Assembly: GCA_036960525.1 (NCBI GenBank)
Contig: JBALXR010000002.1
Span: 1,287 to 65,286 of the forward strand
Origin: Marinobacter sp.
Lineage (GTDB): Bacteria > Pseudomonadota > Gammaproteobacteria > Pseudomonadales > Oleiphilaceae
DNA length: 64,000 nt
Reading direction: 5' to 3'
Under the pieces are notes generated by a model. It did no database searches, had not been told where the DNA came from, and worked only from the letters and a program-made list of their open reading frames with translations. Shown in pieces: positions 62,506-64,000 of this stretch. The translations under genes were made by a program, and so were the position numbers. Within the stretch, counting starts at the first letter, position 1. Every line of letters starts with the position of its first letter.

Positions 62506-63726
62506 ATGGCACTGATTACACTGCAAACCGAACACTTCCGTAACTTGGCGGCCAAGCCCGTCACCTTCTCCCCTGCTTTTAATCTGATATGCGGCGCCAA
62601 TGGCAGTGGTAAAACAAGTTTGCTGGAAGCTATCGGCTACCTGGGCCTGGGTCGCTCGTTTCGCGTTAGTCGCCACCAGGCTGTGGTTCAACATCAGCAG
62701 CAGCGATTTACGGTGTTTGGCGGCTTGGATGCTGGCACTCCTAATTGTGGTGGTGCCAATTCTGACGTTTCAACTCCTGATCGGTTTAACTCCGATGCTA
62801 TTAACTCTGGAATTGCGAATTCTGTACGGAAGACTGCACCTGAAATCAGTGCCTTAAGTTATGCGCATCGCTTGGGTATTTCCAGAGATGTCGGCCTTAA
62901 GGAGACTGTGTTAAGGGTAGACGGTGAAGCCGTGCGTAATCTATCGGCGTTAGCGCGACATCTTCCGGTATTGGTGATCGACCCGGGCGTGTTTGATATT
63001 GTGGCCGGCGGCCCTGGTAAGCGACGGCAGTTTCTGGATTGGTCAGTGTTCCACGTGGAACCTTCTTTTGGCGGCACCTGGCAGCAATGTCAGCGGGTAA
63101 TATCACAGCGGAACCAAACGCTGAGAAATGGTAGAATAGACGAATCGTTGATGCGGGCCTGGGATGCCCAGTACGACCTGTTAAGCAATCGAGTGACGGA
63201 TGCGCGTCTTGCGGCGTTTGCCCTGTTTAAAGAGGCCTTCTGGCTCCTTCTCGGGGAAACCGACGTAACCTGGGCTAATCAACTGAAACTGGAATTTTAT
63301 CCTGGCTGGGACCATTCCCAGCCGCTGTTGGAAGTGCTGGTCAGCCATCGGGATCAGGAGCGGCGAATGGGGCATACTCTGTATGGACCCAACCGAGCTG
63401 ACATTCGTTTAAAAATACAGGGCCGGCCGGTGGCGGAAATACTGTCCCGCGGTCAGCAAAAGACCCTGGTCATTTTAATGAAGATTGCCCAAGGCATGGT
63501 CTTACGTCCGTTGGGTAAGCAAGTTACATTTTTATTGGACGACATAAACGCCGAGCTGGACAGTCGAAATCGGCAAATGTTGGCCGAGAAATTACGTTCG
63601 CTGCAGTGTCAGGTGTTTATCACCTCCATCGAACAGCAGACGCCCGACACCTTATGGCCGGGTACAACAACGCCGGATTTTAAAATGTTCCACGTGGAAC
63701 ATGGTCAGGTAACGGAAGAACATTAG
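62506..63726 (+). CDS. recF: DNA replication/repair protein RecF
   Basis: [32 protein letters not shown] and [10 protein letters not shown]. Confidence 0.97.
   Translation: MALITLQTEHFRNLAAKPVTFSPAFNLICGANGSGKTSLLEAIGYLGLGRSFRVSRHQAVVQHQQQRFTVFGGLDAGTPNCGGANSDVSTPDRFNSDAINSGIANSVRKTAPEISALSYAHRLGISRDVGLKETVLRVDGEAVRNLSALARHLPVLVIDPGVFDIVAGGPGKRRQFLDWSVFHVEPSFGGTWQQCQRVISQRNQTLRNGRIDESLMRAWDAQYDLLSNRVTDARLAAFALFKEAFWLLLGETDVTWANQLKLEFYPGWDHSQPLLEVLVSHRDQERRMGHTLYGPNRADIRLKIQGRPVAEILSRGQQKTLVILMKIAQGMVLRPLGKQVTFLLDDINAELDSRNRQMLAEKLRSLQCQVFITSIEQQTPDTLWPGTTTPDFKMFHVEHGQVTEEH
62755..62829 (+). repeat. Five degenerate 15-bp tandem units inside recF
   Basis: gccaattctgacgtt / tcaactcctgatcgg / tttaactccgatgct / attaactctggaatt / gcgaattctgtacgg ([25 protein letters not shown]). 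Confidence 0.6.
63047..63062. other. parS centromere-like site
   Basis: TGTTCCACGTGGAACC inside recF. Confidence 0.9.
63686..63701. other. parS centromere-like site (perfect palindrome)
   Basis: TGTTCCACGTGGAACA inside the recF 3' end. Confidence 0.92.
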
Positions 63727-63778
63727 CTGGCCGCATTTTTTAATCACGCTGCGGTCATCAGCCTTCAGGAGTTTTTTA

Positions 63779-64000
63779 ATGAGTGAATCAACCTACAATT
63801 CCTCCAGTATCAAAGTACTGAAAGGCCTGGACGCGGTGCGCAAGCGGCCGGGCATGTACATCGGCGATACGGACGACGGCACCGGCCTGCACCACATGGT
63901 GTTCGAACTGGTAGACAACTCCATTGACGAAGCGCTTGCTGGCCACTGCACCGAAATCGGAATTCGTATTCATCCGGACGAATCCGTCAGCGTGCACGAC
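63779..64000 (+). CDS. gyrB: DNA gyrase subunit B, 3'-truncated by the window edge
   Basis: [51 protein letters not shown], with RBS AGGAG. Confidence 0.97.
   Translation, partial: MSESTYNSSSIKVLKGLDAVRKRPGMYIGDTDDGTGLHHMVFELVDNSIDEALAGHCTEIGIRIHPDESVSVHD

Overview
This is the chromosomal origin region of a gammaproteobacterium; gene order and proteins look Marinobacter-like (inference). The core backbone is glmS-glmU-atp operon-parB-parA-rsmG-mnmG, then mnmE-yidC-yidD-rnpA-rpmH-oriC-dnaA-dnaN-(ABC1 kinase)-recF-gyrB, with DnaA boxes, DnaA-trios and two parS sites. Three accessory segments interrupt it. (1) 1-19473, downstream of glmS at attTn7, starts with a TGT exactly 25 bp past the glmS stop, followed by an IS3 relic. 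It holds an apparently uncharacterised catabolic regulon: a GntR/FCD repressor, two AbrB membrane proteins, a 4-domain rhodanese, two related MmgE/PrpD enzymes, two SDRs lacking the catalytic Tyr, TctCBA, a beta-decarboxylating dehydrogenase, class I fumarase, a porin, and gltA and dmlA pseudogenes. A 17-bp palindrome (TTGTCRAC-N-GTTGACAA) sits in front of almost every transcription unit. This regulon is the best candidate for an undescribed system, possibly catabolism of a sulfur-bearing succinate/polycarboxylate. (2) About 17 kb between mnmG and the mnmE island carries RND/MFS transporters, nhaD, ilvD and a CheB-CheR/PAS/GGDEF/Crp signalling module. (3) A 2-kb island remnant at the mnmE 3' end has an orphan aconitase X gene bracketed by a decayed 96-bp duplicate of the mnmE 3' end. 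I saw no tRNA, rRNA or CRISPR array. All calls are from motif recognition by eye; no database searches were run.
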